A DNA stretch of 63,920 bases, filler included, from an uncultured Acidimicrobiia bacterium (GTDB lineage Bacteria; Actinomycetota; Acidimicrobiia; Spongiisociales; JAOTWH01), in assembly GCA_964347285.1 (NCBI GenBank). It is 4 parts of 4 records of this genome, joined end to end, with 100 filler letters (N's around TTAATTAATTAA, not from the genome) between each part and the next. Parts side by side here need not be neighbours in the genome. Positions count along the whole stretch, not along the records: positions 20,829 to 41,475 come from CAYFYE010000043.1; 3 more parts are not named here. The stretch is one strand, 5' to 3'. The translations under genes and the position numbers were made by a program. Below are positions 29,592 through 40,731 of this stretch, one piece after another (position 1 is the first letter of the stretch; every line of letters begins with the position of its first letter). The notes under the pieces were generated by a model that was not told the DNA's origin, made no database searches, and worked only from the letters and a program-made list of their open reading frames with translations.

Positions 29592-30881
29592 ATGCTCCCC
29601 CTCAACGAGGGGACGCTCGAGCGCCTCGCCGCAGACTCACCGAAATGGGTAGCCGAGTTGCGTGCCGAGGGGTTCGGAAGCTTCGAGAGAATGGAGATGC
29701 CTTCCTCCTCAGAGGAGGCGTGGCGCTATGTCGATCTGGACTTCGACCTGTCCGAATTCGCCGTCGCCGACGGGTCGGGCGAGCCGCTCGAGGTGGATCC
29801 GGCCGTCAGCGGCGCGCTCGGCCCATTGGCGGGACGGGCGGTGGTCGTGGACGGCAGGCCGGTCGATGTTTCGGCCGGAGCCGGGGACGGGGTGGTGTTC
29901 GAACCGCTCTCGGTGGCCTGGCGCGACCACGAGACCGAGGTCAGGGGAGCGTTCGGCCGCGGCATTCCCCCTTCCTCGGACAAGTTCGCGGCGGCCCACC
30001 TCGCATTTGGAGGAGACGGGGTCTTCCTCTACGTGCCCAAGGGGGCCGTCCCCGAGGGTCACTTCCTCGTCGACGTCCAGGCCACGGCTCCGGGCTCCGT
30101 ATCGTTTCCGCACATCACTGCGGTGGTCGACGCCGACAGCGAGGCCTCGGTGGTGGTGCACTACAACTCACCGCGCAACCAGACGATTCTGGTGGTCCCT
30201 CAGATCGAAGCCGAGGTCGGCGACGCCGCCCGGTTTCGCCTCACCGCTCTTCAGGAGTTCGCTTACGACACGACCTCGCTGGCCCGGCTCCGCATGGCTG
30301 CCGGTCGAGACGCCACACTGCACCTCGGTGAGATCGGGCTGGGCGGAAAGCACGCCCGGCTTCATCTGACGATCGACCTCGCCGGAAGCGGGTCGCGCGG
30401 CGAGGTCTCCGGTATCTACTTCGGGGAGCAGCGGCAGGTGCTCGACTATCGAGCGTTCATGAACCACAAGGCCCCCAACACCTCCTCCGACATGTTCCTG
30501 AAGGGAGCGGTCGAGGACGAGGCCGATTCGGTGTTCACCGGGCTCATCCGCATCGAGAACGAGGCCCAGAAGACCGATGCGTTCCAAACCAACCGCAACT
30601 TGGTCCTGTCGGACGGCGCAGAAGCCCAATCGGTGCCCAACCTGGAGATCCTGGCCAACGACGTGCGTTGTGGTCACGGCTCGACGGTGGGACCGCTCGA
30701 CCTCGATCAGCGCTATTACCTCATGAGCCGGGGTCTGGAACGGGTGCGAGCCGACCGGCTCCAGGTGAGGGGCTTCTTCGAGGAAGCGATCCGGAGGCTT
30801 CCCGTTCCCGAGCTGGCCGATGTGGTGCGGCGCCGGGTCAACGCCAAGTACATCGCGGCGCAGCGGGAGGGCCGGGTGTGA
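29592..30881 (+). CDS. sufD: Fe-S cluster assembly protein SufD
   Basis: EEAWRY, VFTGLIRI, AQKTDAFQTNRNLVLS, PNLEILANDVRCGHGSTVG, YLMSRGL; SD GGAGG. Confidence 0.95.
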   Translation: MLPLNEGTLERLAADSPKWVAELRAEGFGSFERMEMPSSSEEAWRYVDLDFDLSEFAVADGSGEPLEVDPAVSGALGPLAGRAVVVDGRPVDVSAGAGDGVVFEPLSVAWRDHETEVRGAFGRGIPPSSDKFAAAHLAFGGDGVFLYVPKGAVPEGHFLVDVQATAPGSVSFPHITAVVDADSEASVVVHYNSPRNQTILVVPQIEAEVGDAARFRLTALQEFAYDTTSLARLRMAAGRDATLHLGEIGLGGKHARLHLTIDLAGSGSRGEVSGIYFGEQRQVLDYRAFMNHKAPNTSSDMFLKGAVEDEADSVFTGLIRIENEAQKTDAFQTNRNLVLSDGAEAQSVPNLEILANDVRCGHGSTVGPLDLDQRYYLMSRGLERVRADRLQVRGFFEEAIRRLPVPELADVVRRRVNAKYIAAQREGRV

Positions 30882-31198
30882 CCGATTTGGTGCGCGTCGG
30901 GACGCTGAGCGACCTCCCCGAGGGCCGTGGGATCAGGGTGGAGGTCGGCGGCCATCGCATAGCCGTCTTTCGCATCGAAGACGCCGTCTATGCCATCGGG
31001 GATCGTTGCTCCCACGCCGAGGCGTCCCTCGCCGAAGGCGAGCTGTTCGACTTCGATGTGGAGTGCCCCCGTCATGGCTCTGAGTTCGACGTGCGTACCG
31101 GAGAGCCCGACTCGCTGCCGGCGACCAGGCCGGTGCCGGTTTACGACACGGTCATCGAGGATGGGGACGTGTTCCTGGTGATGGAGCGCCACTCGTGA
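30878..31198 (+). CDS. Rieske-type ferredoxin
   Basis: CSHAEASL and ECPRHGSEFD; GTGA overlap with sufD. Confidence 0.93.
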   Translation: MTDLVRVGTLSDLPEGRGIRVEVGGHRIAVFRIEDAVYAIGDRCSHAEASLAEGELFDFDVECPRHGSEFDVRTGEPDSLPATRPVPVYDTVIEDGDVFLVMERHS

Positions 31199-31968
31199 GC
31201 CTTGCTTTGCGGGTCGAGGACATGCGGGCCCGGCTCGGCGATCTCGAGATTCTGCGCGGGGTCGATCTGGAGGTCCCGTTTGGCCACGTCCACGCTCTCA
31301 TGGGACCCAACGGTTCTGGCAAGTCGACGCTGTGTCATGCGCTGATGGGCAAGCCGGGCTACGAGGTCACCGGCTCGGCGCTGATCGACGGTGTCGAGGT
31401 CCTCGGCAAGCCGGTGGACGAGCGGGCCGCGGCCGGACTGTTCGAGACGTTCCAATATCCGATCGCAGTCCCCGGCGTGAGCCTGCGCGAGCTTCTCACC
31501 GAGATGAGCGCCGGCGATGGAGAGGCCGTCTGGGATCGTTTCCGTGAAGACGTTGCCCGGCTCGACATAGAGGCCTTCCTCGACCGGCCCGTGAACGAGG
31601 GCCTGTCTGGTGGTGAGAAGAAGCGGTCGGAGATCTTCCAGCTCCTGGCCAGCCGTCCCAAAGTGGCGGTGCTCGACGAGATCGACTCCGGGCTCGACAT
31701 CGACGCCGTTCGTGAAGTGGCCGCTGCCGTCGAGCGCATGCGGAGTCCGGATTTGGGCGTCCTCATCATCACCCACTACAGCCGAATCCTCCGGTATCTC
31801 CACGTGGATCGGGTCCACATCATGCTCGGCGGCCGCATAGTCCGCTCCGGCGGATCCCACCTGGCCGATGAGCTGGAGGAAAAGGGATATCAGGCCATTC
31901 GCGAGGATCTGGGGATGGGTCCGGCAACTCCCGAGGAAGCCGCCGGCGATCCGTTCGCCGATCTCTGA
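31195..31968 (+). CDS. sufC: Fe-S cluster assembly ATPase SufC
   Basis: MGPNGSGKST, FQYP..VPGV, VNEGLSGGEKKR.E, LDEIDSGLDIDA, ITHY.RIL. Confidence 0.96.
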   Translation: MSLALRVEDMRARLGDLEILRGVDLEVPFGHVHALMGPNGSGKSTLCHALMGKPGYEVTGSALIDGVEVLGKPVDERAAAGLFETFQYPIAVPGVSLRELLTEMSAGDGEAVWDRFREDVARLDIEAFLDRPVNEGLSGGEKKRSEIFQLLASRPKVAVLDEIDSGLDIDAVREVAAAVERMRSPDLGVLIITHYSRILRYLHVDRVHIMLGGRIVRSGGSHLADELEEKGYQAIREDLGMGPATPEEAAGDPFADL

Positions 31969-32113
31969 TTGCGTGTAACACCGGCGGACCCTGTGGTCGA
32001 GGGGGCCGGTCCCACGGGTATCCGGAGCGGCCTCGTCTCCATGTGCCCGAAGTTCCAACCGATGCGGCGGCAGGCCGGTTTTGGCGACCGGGGCGCTGAG
32101 TAACCTCGAATAT

Positions 32114-33498
<1,385 letters not shown>

Positions 33499-33502
<4 letters not shown>

Positions 33503-34320
33503 GGGCGGCTGGAGGCCACCAGCTCCTCGAGAAAGGCGAGGTACTCCTCGCCCCAGTCGGGGTCGGCAACGGCCAGGATCGCCTTGGCCTTGGCCAGACC
33601 GAGGGGTGTGCCCACGTCCAGCAGATCGTCCTCGGTGACCAGGCCCAGGCAGCGGCCCTCCCGGGCCAGCCGGGCGATGGCGTCGGTGAGCTGCACCTCT
33701 CCGCCGTAGCCGGGGCCGAGGTCGGCGAGCGCATCGAAGATCTCGGCGGTGAACAGGTAGCGGCCGATCAGCGCCAGGTTGGAAGGGGCGGTGCCCGGAG
33801 CCGGTTTCTCGACGGCGTCCACCACTTCGACGGCCGTCTCGGTCAGCCAGGCCCCGGTGGCCACCGCACCCTTCTTGGTGAGCACTTCGTCCGGCAACCC
33901 ATGCAGGCACACCACGGAGCGTCCGTCGGAGGCCTCTGCCATACCCTCCAGGACCGATCGGCCCGGCAGCGGGAGATTGTCGACGAGGAGGCAGAAGAAC
34001 GGCCGGTCCCCCACCGCCGAGCGTGCCATCAGCACGGCATCACCGAGGCCCCGGGCTTGCTCTTGGACGATGGCCCGCACGTCGACGTGCTCGATGCCAC
34101 GCAGCGGCTCTTCGAAGTGGCGCGGCACCAGCTCGGCGAATCCGGGGTCGACGATCACGACCACCTCTTGAGCGCCGGCGGCCGCCGCTTCCTCGACGGT
34201 GTGTTGCAGCGCCGGCCGGTCGAGCACGGGAACGAACGCCTTGGGAACCGTTCGGGTCACCGGCAGCATCCGGGTGCCCCGTCCTGCCGCCGGCACAACG
34301 GCCACCTCTACGTTCAGCAC
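33499..34320 (-). CDS. galU: UTP--glucose-1-phosphate uridylyltransferase-like nucleotidyltransferase
   Basis: [48 protein letters not shown]; start approximate. Confidence 0.8.
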
Positions 34321-34432
34321 GGCTGTTGTTCTCCTCGTCGGGGCGCCCATCGTAGGCGGTGCCCCCCTCCCCGAATTCGCACAGCCGGCCCGGCCGCATA
34401 TGCTGCGGGCACTCGATCCAGCAGAGCCTCCG

Positions 34433-36277
34433 GTGCATCTCTTCAAATCACAACGCCCCGCCCTGGTCGCTCTGTCCGCCCTCCTGTGGGTAACGCTTCC
34501 GGCCGCTGCCTCGGCGGACCACGGCGACACCGCCGGTCTCGTCGACCCTGCATCGGGGCGGTGGCATCTCCTCAACGAGGCGGGGGAGGCGGCGAGCTTC
34601 TTCTACGGCAATCCCGGCGACATACCCATGATGGGGGACTGGGACTGCGACGGGGTGGATACTCCCGGCCTCTACCGCCAATCCGACGGCTTCGTTTATC
34701 TGCGTAACTCCAATACCCAGGGAGTGGCCGACGTTCGTTTCTTCTTCGGCAACCCCGGCGACGTTCCCCTGGCCGGCGACTTCGACGGCGACGACTGCGA
34801 CACGGTCTCGCTCTACCGCGGCAGCGAGCAGCGCTTCTACGTCATCAACGCCCTGGGATCGGGGGACGCCGGGCTCGGGGCGGCCGAGGCGGCCTACGGG
34901 TTCGGCAACCCCGGTGACCAGCCCTTCGCCGGCGACTTCGACGGCGACGGGGTGGATACGTTCGGCCTGCACCGGGCGTCCACCGGGCTGGTGTACTTCC
35001 GCAACTCGCACACCGAGGGGATCGCCGACCACAGCTTCATTCTTGGGGACCCCGGCGACCGTCTGGTGGCCGGGGACTGGACCGGCGACGGCACCGATTC
35101 GCCCGCCCTCTTCCGCCCGTCGGCCTCCACCCTGTTCTTCCGCCACAGCAACACGCAGGGGACCGCCGACGACCAGATCGTCTTCGGCGAGGCCGATTGG
35201 CTGCCGGTGGCGGGAAGGTTCGGCGCCCTGGTCGGAGTGCCCCGGCTGAGCCTGGACCGAGTGGGCACGTTCGATGAGCCGACCATCCTCACCGCACCTC
35301 CCGGCGATCCGCGGCTCTTCGTGGGGGAGAGGGACGGGGTGATCCGCGTCGTGGACGGGGGGACCGTCTCCACCGTTCTCGATATCCGCAGTCTCGTGAG
35401 CACCGGCGGCGAGCGGGGCCTACTCGGCCTCGCTCTCCATCCGGCCTTCTCCACCAACGGGCGCATGTTCGTGTCCTACACCGACAATGCCGGAGACTCC
35501 GTGCTCGCCGAGTACCGGGCCATCGCGGGGGGCCCGGCGACCTTCAGTCGCACCGTGCTCGGAGTCGACCAGCCCTTTGGCAACCACAACGGGGGACACG
35601 TCGCCTTCGGGCCGGACGGCTACCTCTACTGGGGTCTGGGCGACGGAGGAGGAGGCGGCGACCCCTTCGAGAACGGCCAGAACCCGGGAACCCTGCTTGG
35701 CTCACTGCTGCGTCTCGACGTGGATGCCGGCGTTCCCTATGCGATCCCACCCGACAATCCCTTCGCCGGCGGCGGGGGAAGGTCCGAGATCTGGGCCATC
35801 GGCCTCCGCAACCCGTGGCGGTTCTCCTTCGACGGCGGCGACCTGTACATCGGCGACGTCGGCCAGAACGCCTGGGAGGAGATCGACGTCGCCCTCGCCT
35901 CCGAAGCCGGGATCAACTACGGCTGGGATGTGATGGAGGGCAATCATTGCTTCGAGCCCTCGGTGGGCTGCAGTGCCGCCGGACTCCGCATGCCGGTGTA
36001 CGAGTACCCCACCGGCCGGAACTGTTCGATAGTGGGCGGCTACGTCTATCGAGGTGGGGCCATGCCCGGGCTCCACGGCCGCTACTTCTTCGGCGACTAC
36101 TGCTCGGGCCGCATCTGGAGTTTCGTGCTGGGGGGCGGGGCGGCCACCCAGGTCACCGAGTGGACGTCGCAGTTGGGAAGCGTGCCCGAGCTGTCCTCCT
36201 TCGGGCTCGATGCTGGTGGTGAGCTCTACGTCGTCAGCCTGGCCGGCGACGTGTACCGGATCGTTCCGGCGCCGTGA
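34433..36277 (+). CDS. secreted PQQ-dependent glucose/sorbosone dehydrogenase-family protein with an N-terminal five-repeat module
   Basis: GERGLLGLALHP.F, NHNGG, GPDGYLY, GLRNPWRFSFD, GDVGQNAWEE, NYGW; start approximate. Confidence 0.88.
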   Translation: MHLFKSQRPALVALSALLWVTLPAAASADHGDTAGLVDPASGRWHLLNEAGEAASFFYGNPGDIPMMGDWDCDGVDTPGLYRQSDGFVYLRNSNTQGVADVRFFFGNPGDVPLAGDFDGDDCDTVSLYRGSEQRFYVINALGSGDAGLGAAEAAYGFGNPGDQPFAGDFDGDGVDTFGLHRASTGLVYFRNSHTEGIADHSFILGDPGDRLVAGDWTGDGTDSPALFRPSASTLFFRHSNTQGTADDQIVFGEADWLPVAGRFGALVGVPRLSLDRVGTFDEPTILTAPPGDPRLFVGERDGVIRVVDGGTVSTVLDIRSLVSTGGERGLLGLALHPAFSTNGRMFVSYTDNAGDSVLAEYRAIAGGPATFSRTVLGVDQPFGNHNGGHVAFGPDGYLYWGLGDGGGGGDPFENGQNPGTLLGSLLRLDVDAGVPYAIPPDNPFAGGGGRSEIWAIGLRNPWRFSFDGGDLYIGDVGQNAWEEIDVALASEAGINYGWDVMEGNHCFEPSVGCSAAGLRMPVYEYPTGRNCSIVGGYVYRGGAMPGLHGRYFFGDYCSGRIWSFVLGGGAATQVTEWTSQLGSVPELSSFGLDAGGELYVVSLAGDVYRIVPAP

Positions 36278-36744
36278 GCGACGATCGGGCCCTGGTGCTT
36301 TTCGTGTGCACCGGAAACATGTGCCGGTCGCCCTTGGCGGAAGCACTGGCCGAGATGCTCGTTGCCGGGACGCCCATCGAGCAGACGTTCGAGTTCGCCA
36401 GCGCCGGTACCCACGCGGTGGCCGGCCTCCCGGCCGCTCCCGGGGCGCTGGTCGTGGCCGAAGAAGCCGGCGTGCCGCTCGCGGCGCATCGATCTCAGCC
36501 GCTGACCGGCGAGCTGGTGGACCGAGCTGCGACCATCTTTGCCCTCGACCACGACCACGTCGATGAGCTGGTCGCTCGCTGGCCTCACGCGTCGGGCAAG
36601 GTCAGGCTGCTCGATCCCGACGACAGGGCGATCGCCGACCCGTTCGGCCAGGCGCTTCCCGCCTATCGAGAGACCCGGGAGCGCATTTCCGGGGCGCTGC
36701 GCCGGCGGTTGGAGGAGTGGGCCGGGCTCCACTCGGAGTCCTGA
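36274..36744 (+). CDS. low-molecular-weight protein phosphatase (Tyr/Arg)
   Basis: LFVCTGNMCRSPLAE, SAGT, IADPFG. Confidence 0.92.
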   Translation: MSDDRALVLFVCTGNMCRSPLAEALAEMLVAGTPIEQTFEFASAGTHAVAGLPAAPGALVVAEEAGVPLAAHRSQPLTGELVDRAATIFALDHDHVDELVARWPHASGKVRLLDPDDRAIADPFGQALPAYRETRERISGALRRRLEEWAGLHSES

Positions 36745-36871
36745 CCCGAGGGGCCGACCGGGGGAGAAAGTAGGCCACCGCCCGTCGGTATCATGCCGCG
36801 CTGAGGGTGCAGCCGGCCTGATTTCACCGTCCCCGGCCTAGGCTGCGGCGAGACCGATTGGAGGAGCGAAC

Positions 36872-36931
36872 GTGCCAGATCCTCCCATGGCTACCTCGAT
36901 CGGGGGTCGTCGAGCCGGTGGCGCGTCATGA
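36872..36931 (+). CDS. putative 19-aa upstream ORF coupled to ccmF (MPDPPMATSIGGRRAGGAS)
   Basis: SD GGAGGAG 5 nt before GTG; its stop overlaps the ccmF start as ATGA. Confidence 0.5.
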   Translation: MPDPPMATSIGGRRAGGAS

Positions 36932-38898
36932 CCGCCGCTCTCGGCTACGCCGGCATCCTGGTGGCGCTGATCTCGGCGCTGGTGCTGATCGTCCAGGGAT
37001 GGCGCGTCCTGCAGCAACCCGAGCTGGGCCGCAAAGCCCTCCGATATCCCGTGTACGGCCTCGTGGCGGGGGCGGTGCTGGCGATGGCGGCACTCGAGGT
37101 GGCCCTGCTCGGCCACGATTTCTCGATCGAGTATGTGGCTCGCAACTCTTCGAGGGCGACTCCCCTGATCTTCCTCATTGCGTCGGCATGGGCCGCCCTC
37201 GAGGGCAGCATCGTGCTGTGGGGGTTGATGCTCGCCGGCTTCACCTGGTGGGTGTGGCTGCGCCTCCAGAACCAGGACCGCTTGGGCGCCGGAGCCCTAG
37301 CGGTGATGGGGCTCGTGGCGGTGTTCTTCTTCGGCCTGATGGCGACCGCCGCCAATCCGTTCACGACCCTCGAGGTGGCCCCGCCCGACGGCACCGGGGC
37401 CAACCCTCTGCTGCAGAACAACCTGCTGATGGCGGTCCATCCACCGCTGCTCTATCTCGGATTCGTGGGACTGACCGTGCCCTTCGCGTTTGCGTTGTCC
37501 AGCCTGGTCTTGGGGGCCCAGACCTCGGAGTGGCTGGAGCGGACCCGTCGCTGGACCCTGGTGGCGTGGGCGTTCCTCACCGGCGGGATCGTCGTCGGCG
37601 GGCTGTGGGCCTATGCGGTGCTGGGATGGGGAGGCTATTGGGCCTGGGATCCGGTCGAGAACGCCTCGTTCATCCCCTGGCTGCTGGCGACCGCCTTCAT
37701 CCATTCGTCGGTGGTCCAGCGGCGCCGGGGCATGCTCCAGGCCTGGAACATCGCCCTGATCATCTCCACCTTTGCCGCCACGATATTGGGCACGTTCTTG
37801 ACCCGATCGGGGGTCATCTCCTCTGTGCACAGCTTCACCCAGTCCGCCGTCGGACCGGCGTTCTTGGGGTTCCTCTCGGTCGTGCTCCTCGGCTCGTTCA
37901 CGTTGTTCGCGTTGCGGGCCCACACGGTCTCGTCGGCCCCCCGACTCGACTCCCTCTCGAGCCGGGAGGGGGTCTTTCTGTTCAACAACCTGCTCCTCAC
38001 CCTGTTTGCCTTCACCGTCCTGGCCGGGACTCTGTACCCCATCCTCGTCGAGGCCTTCTCGGGCGATCAGGTGTCGGTGGGCCGGCCGTTCTTCGATCGG
38101 GCCGCGGTCCCCATCGCCTTCGCATTGTTGCTGGCCATGGGCTTGGGGCCGATCGCTCCGTACCGGGTCGCCAGACCGGCCGTGGTGTGGGAGCGCATTC
38201 GCAACCCGGTCCGGGCGGCGCTGGTCGCCGGTGCCCTCACCGTGCTCGCCGGGGTGCGCAAGGCCTCGGTGATCCTCATCGTCGTGTTCGCCTCGTTCGT
38301 GATCTCGGTCATCATCCGCGAGCTGTGGTCGCAGTCCCGGGCCGCATCACAAGGAAAGGGAGTGGCGAGGTCCGCTCTCCGGGTGATGCGGCGCAACCCC
38401 GGTTACTGGGGCGGCCAGCTCTCCCACATCGGCGTGGCGCTGGTGGCGGTGGCCATCAGCGTCGCCAGCGCCTTCGGCACCAAGGCCACCATCGCCCTGT
38501 CGCCCGGCGAGTCGGCCTCTTACGACGGCTACACGCTGGTCTACGAGGAGCCTTTCACGAGGAGTGAGCCCCAGCGCCTGGTCAGCGGCGCGGTGGTACG
38601 GGTGCAGCGAGGCGACGACACCATCGCGGTACTGGAGCCGCGCCTCAACCAATACCCCAACATGGTGCAGTCCATTGCAACGCCGGCGGTGCGGATCGGG
38701 CTCACCGAGGATCTCTACCTGAACCTGGCCCGGCTCACCGACGGGGGCGACATCACGCTGGACGCGTTCCGCTTCCCGCTCATTTGGTTGCTGTGGATCG
38801 GAGGAGGCATCGTGGCCGGCGGCGCGGCCTGGTCGCTGCTCGTTCGCAAGCCGCAGCGGGCGGATCTCGTCGCCGAGAAGGAGGCGGCCGGTGTCTGA
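36928..38898 (+). CDS. ccmF: cytochrome c heme lyase CcmF
   Basis: EGS..LW, G.NPLLQ, HPPLLYLG, WGGYWAWDPVENAS, GTFLTRSG..SSVHSF, SHIG. Confidence 0.96.
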   Translation: MTAALGYAGILVALISALVLIVQGWRVLQQPELGRKALRYPVYGLVAGAVLAMAALEVALLGHDFSIEYVARNSSRATPLIFLIASAWAALEGSIVLWGLMLAGFTWWVWLRLQNQDRLGAGALAVMGLVAVFFFGLMATAANPFTTLEVAPPDGTGANPLLQNNLLMAVHPPLLYLGFVGLTVPFAFALSSLVLGAQTSEWLERTRRWTLVAWAFLTGGIVVGGLWAYAVLGWGGYWAWDPVENASFIPWLLATAFIHSSVVQRRRGMLQAWNIALIISTFAATILGTFLTRSGVISSVHSFTQSAVGPAFLGFLSVVLLGSFTLFALRAHTVSSAPRLDSLSSREGVFLFNNLLLTLFAFTVLAGTLYPILVEAFSGDQVSVGRPFFDRAAVPIAFALLLAMGLGPIAPYRVARPAVVWERIRNPVRAALVAGALTVLAGVRKASVILIVVFASFVISVIIRELWSQSRAASQGKGVARSALRVMRRNPGYWGGQLSHIGVALVAVAISVASAFGTKATIALSPGESASYDGYTLVYEEPFTRSEPQRLVSGAVVRVQRGDDTIAVLEPRLNQYPNMVQSIATPAVRIGLTEDLYLNLARLTDGGDITLDAFRFPLIWLLWIGGGIVAGGAAWSLLVRKPQRADLVAEKEAAGV

Positions 38899-39322
38899 GG
38901 GCGTGCGAAGACTGTTTGCCGCCGTCATCAGCGTGGCTGCGCTGGCGGTGATCGTGGTGGGACTGGCCGCCGGTGATGAGGGCGAACGTGACCGGGTCGA
39001 GGCTCTGGCGGACCGCCTGCGCTGTCCGGTGTGTCAGAGCGAATCGGTGGCGGATTCGGGGTCGGAGACGGCCCGCGAGATGCGGGCGGTCATCGAAGAG
39101 AAGGTCGCCGCCGGCCAGTCGGACCAAGAGATCGAGGACTTCTTCATCGCCCGCTACGGCGAGTGGATCCTGCTCGATCCCCCGCCCCGGGGCAAGAACC
39201 TGCTGTTGTGGGCTCTGCCGGCGCTGGGACTGGCGGTCGGCGCCGCCGCCATCTTCACGCGGCGCAAGCCACGCCGGGCGGAAGCCGAGCCGGACGAGGC
39301 CGCCGAGGCGCGCACCGAGTGA
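38891..39322 (+). CDS. ccmH: cytochrome c biogenesis protein CcmH (CcmL-type N-terminal part)
   Basis: LRCPVCQSESVADS, RYGEWILLDPP, LLWALP. Confidence 0.94.
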   Translation: MSEGVRRLFAAVISVAALAVIVVGLAAGDEGERDRVEALADRLRCPVCQSESVADSGSETAREMRAVIEEKVAAGQSDQEIEDFFIARYGEWILLDPPPRGKNLLLWALPALGLAVGAAAIFTRRKPRRAEAEPDEAAEARTE

Positions 39323-40104
39323 TGAATCCCGAGCGGAAGCGCCTTCAGGAACAGCTCGACCAGGCCCTCCGGGACATCGAGGAGGTGGAGGACCAGGTTG
39401 CCGCCGATGAACTCGACGAGGCCACCGCTCGGCGCCTCGTTGCCGACTACGAGGCCGAAGCCGAGGCTCTCCGCTCCGAGCTGGAAACGTCGAGTGCTCC
39501 CGACGAGGAGGAGCCGCGCCGATCGCCCCGACGGCTCATCGGCGTGTTGATCCTCTTGGTCGGGGCGGTGGTGGTGGTTGTGGCCGTGGTCAACGCCGTG
39601 GAGCCCGAAGAGGGCGGGCCGGCCAGCGGTATCGCTGCCCAAGACCCCGGGGAGTCGAGCGCAGGCGTGGGTGAGCTGGGGGTCGACCCGGCTTCGGTCA
39701 CCAACGAGCAGCTGGAGGCGGTGGTCGCCGCCAATCCCGAGATCGTGCCGATGCGTCTGGCGCTGGCCGACCGGTACTACGCCCAGGGCGTGTTCGGCAA
39801 GGCCCTGGAGCACTACCAGATCGCTCTCGAATACGAACCCGACAATCCCCACCCGATGGCGTACGTGGGCTGGATGAGCTATGTCGTGGGTGAGTTCGAT
39901 ACCGGCATCGGCCTCCTGGAGGCGGCTCTGGAGGTAGACGACCAATTCGCGCCGGCGCTGTGGTTTTTGGCCCAGGCTCGTCTCGACAGTGGCGACACGG
40001 AGGGCGGCGTCGAGCTCCTCGAGCGCCTCCTGGCGGTCCCCGGCCTTCCCGACGAGGCCGCCGCCGCCGCCGGCGATCTCTTGGCTCAGGTCCAGCAGTC
40101 GTGA
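39322..40104 (+). CDS. TPR membrane protein (CcmI/CycH-like)
   Basis: N-terminal helical region, one TM helix, TPR repeats; located in the ccm operon. Confidence 0.75.
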   Translation: MNPERKRLQEQLDQALRDIEEVEDQVAADELDEATARRLVADYEAEAEALRSELETSSAPDEEEPRRSPRRLIGVLILLVGAVVVVVAVVNAVEPEEGGPASGIAAQDPGESSAGVGELGVDPASVTNEQLEAVVAANPEIVPMRLALADRYYAQGVFGKALEHYQIALEYEPDNPHPMAYVGWMSYVVGEFDTGIGLLEAALEVDDQFAPALWFLAQARLDSGDTEGGVELLERLLAVPGLPDEAAAAAGDLLAQVQQS

Positions 40105-40715
40105 CCGAGACCGCCTCACGCCGCAGCGTCCGCCGGTGGGCGGGCTGGTTGGTGGGAGCCACCGTCGTCGTCGGCAGCATCGTTCTGGTTGTGGCCTTCA
40201 ACTCCCGTTTCGGCACCGACCCCAGCCTCGTCGATACCCCGCTCATCGGCCAGCCCGTTCCGGCCGTGTCGCTTCCGTACCTCGAGAAGGAGGGCTCGCT
40301 GGCCTTCGACGACACCCGGGGCGAAATCCTCGTGATCAATTTCTGGGCCTCGTGGTGCTTCCCGTGCCGCCAGGAGCACGCGGCCCTGGTCGGGGCGGCG
40401 AACGCCTATCGCGACCAGGGAGTCCGCTTCGTCGGGGTCGTCTATCAGGATCGCCCCGGAAACGCCATCGCGTTCCTCGACGAGCTGGGCCGCGGCTACG
40501 ACTCGGTGGTCGACGAGCGGTCCCGAGCCGCCATCGAGTTCGGCGTGTTCGGGGTTCCGGAGACGTTCTTCGTCGATCGGGACGGCACGGTGGTCGGTAA
40601 GTTCAGCGGCCCCACCGATGCGGCCGGGCTCACGCAGACGATCGAGGCCATCCTGGCCGGCGAGTCGATCGAGTCCCGGCGCACCGGCCCGGTGCAGGAG
40701 GCGCCCGGCGGTTGA
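40101..40715 (+). CDS. ccmG: thiol:disulfide interchange protein CcmG/DsbE
   Basis: TM anchor, PLIGQP.P, NFWASWCFPCRQEH, FGVFGVPETFFVD. Confidence 0.88.
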   Translation: MTETASRRSVRRWAGWLVGATVVVGSIVLVVAFNSRFGTDPSLVDTPLIGQPVPAVSLPYLEKEGSLAFDDTRGEILVINFWASWCFPCRQEHAALVGAANAYRDQGVRFVGVVYQDRPGNAIAFLDELGRGYDSVVDERSRAAIEFGVFGVPETFFVDRDGTVVGKFSGPTDAAGLTQTIEAILAGESIESRRTGPVQEAPGG

Positions 40716-40731
40716 CCTCTGGGCGGCCGGC

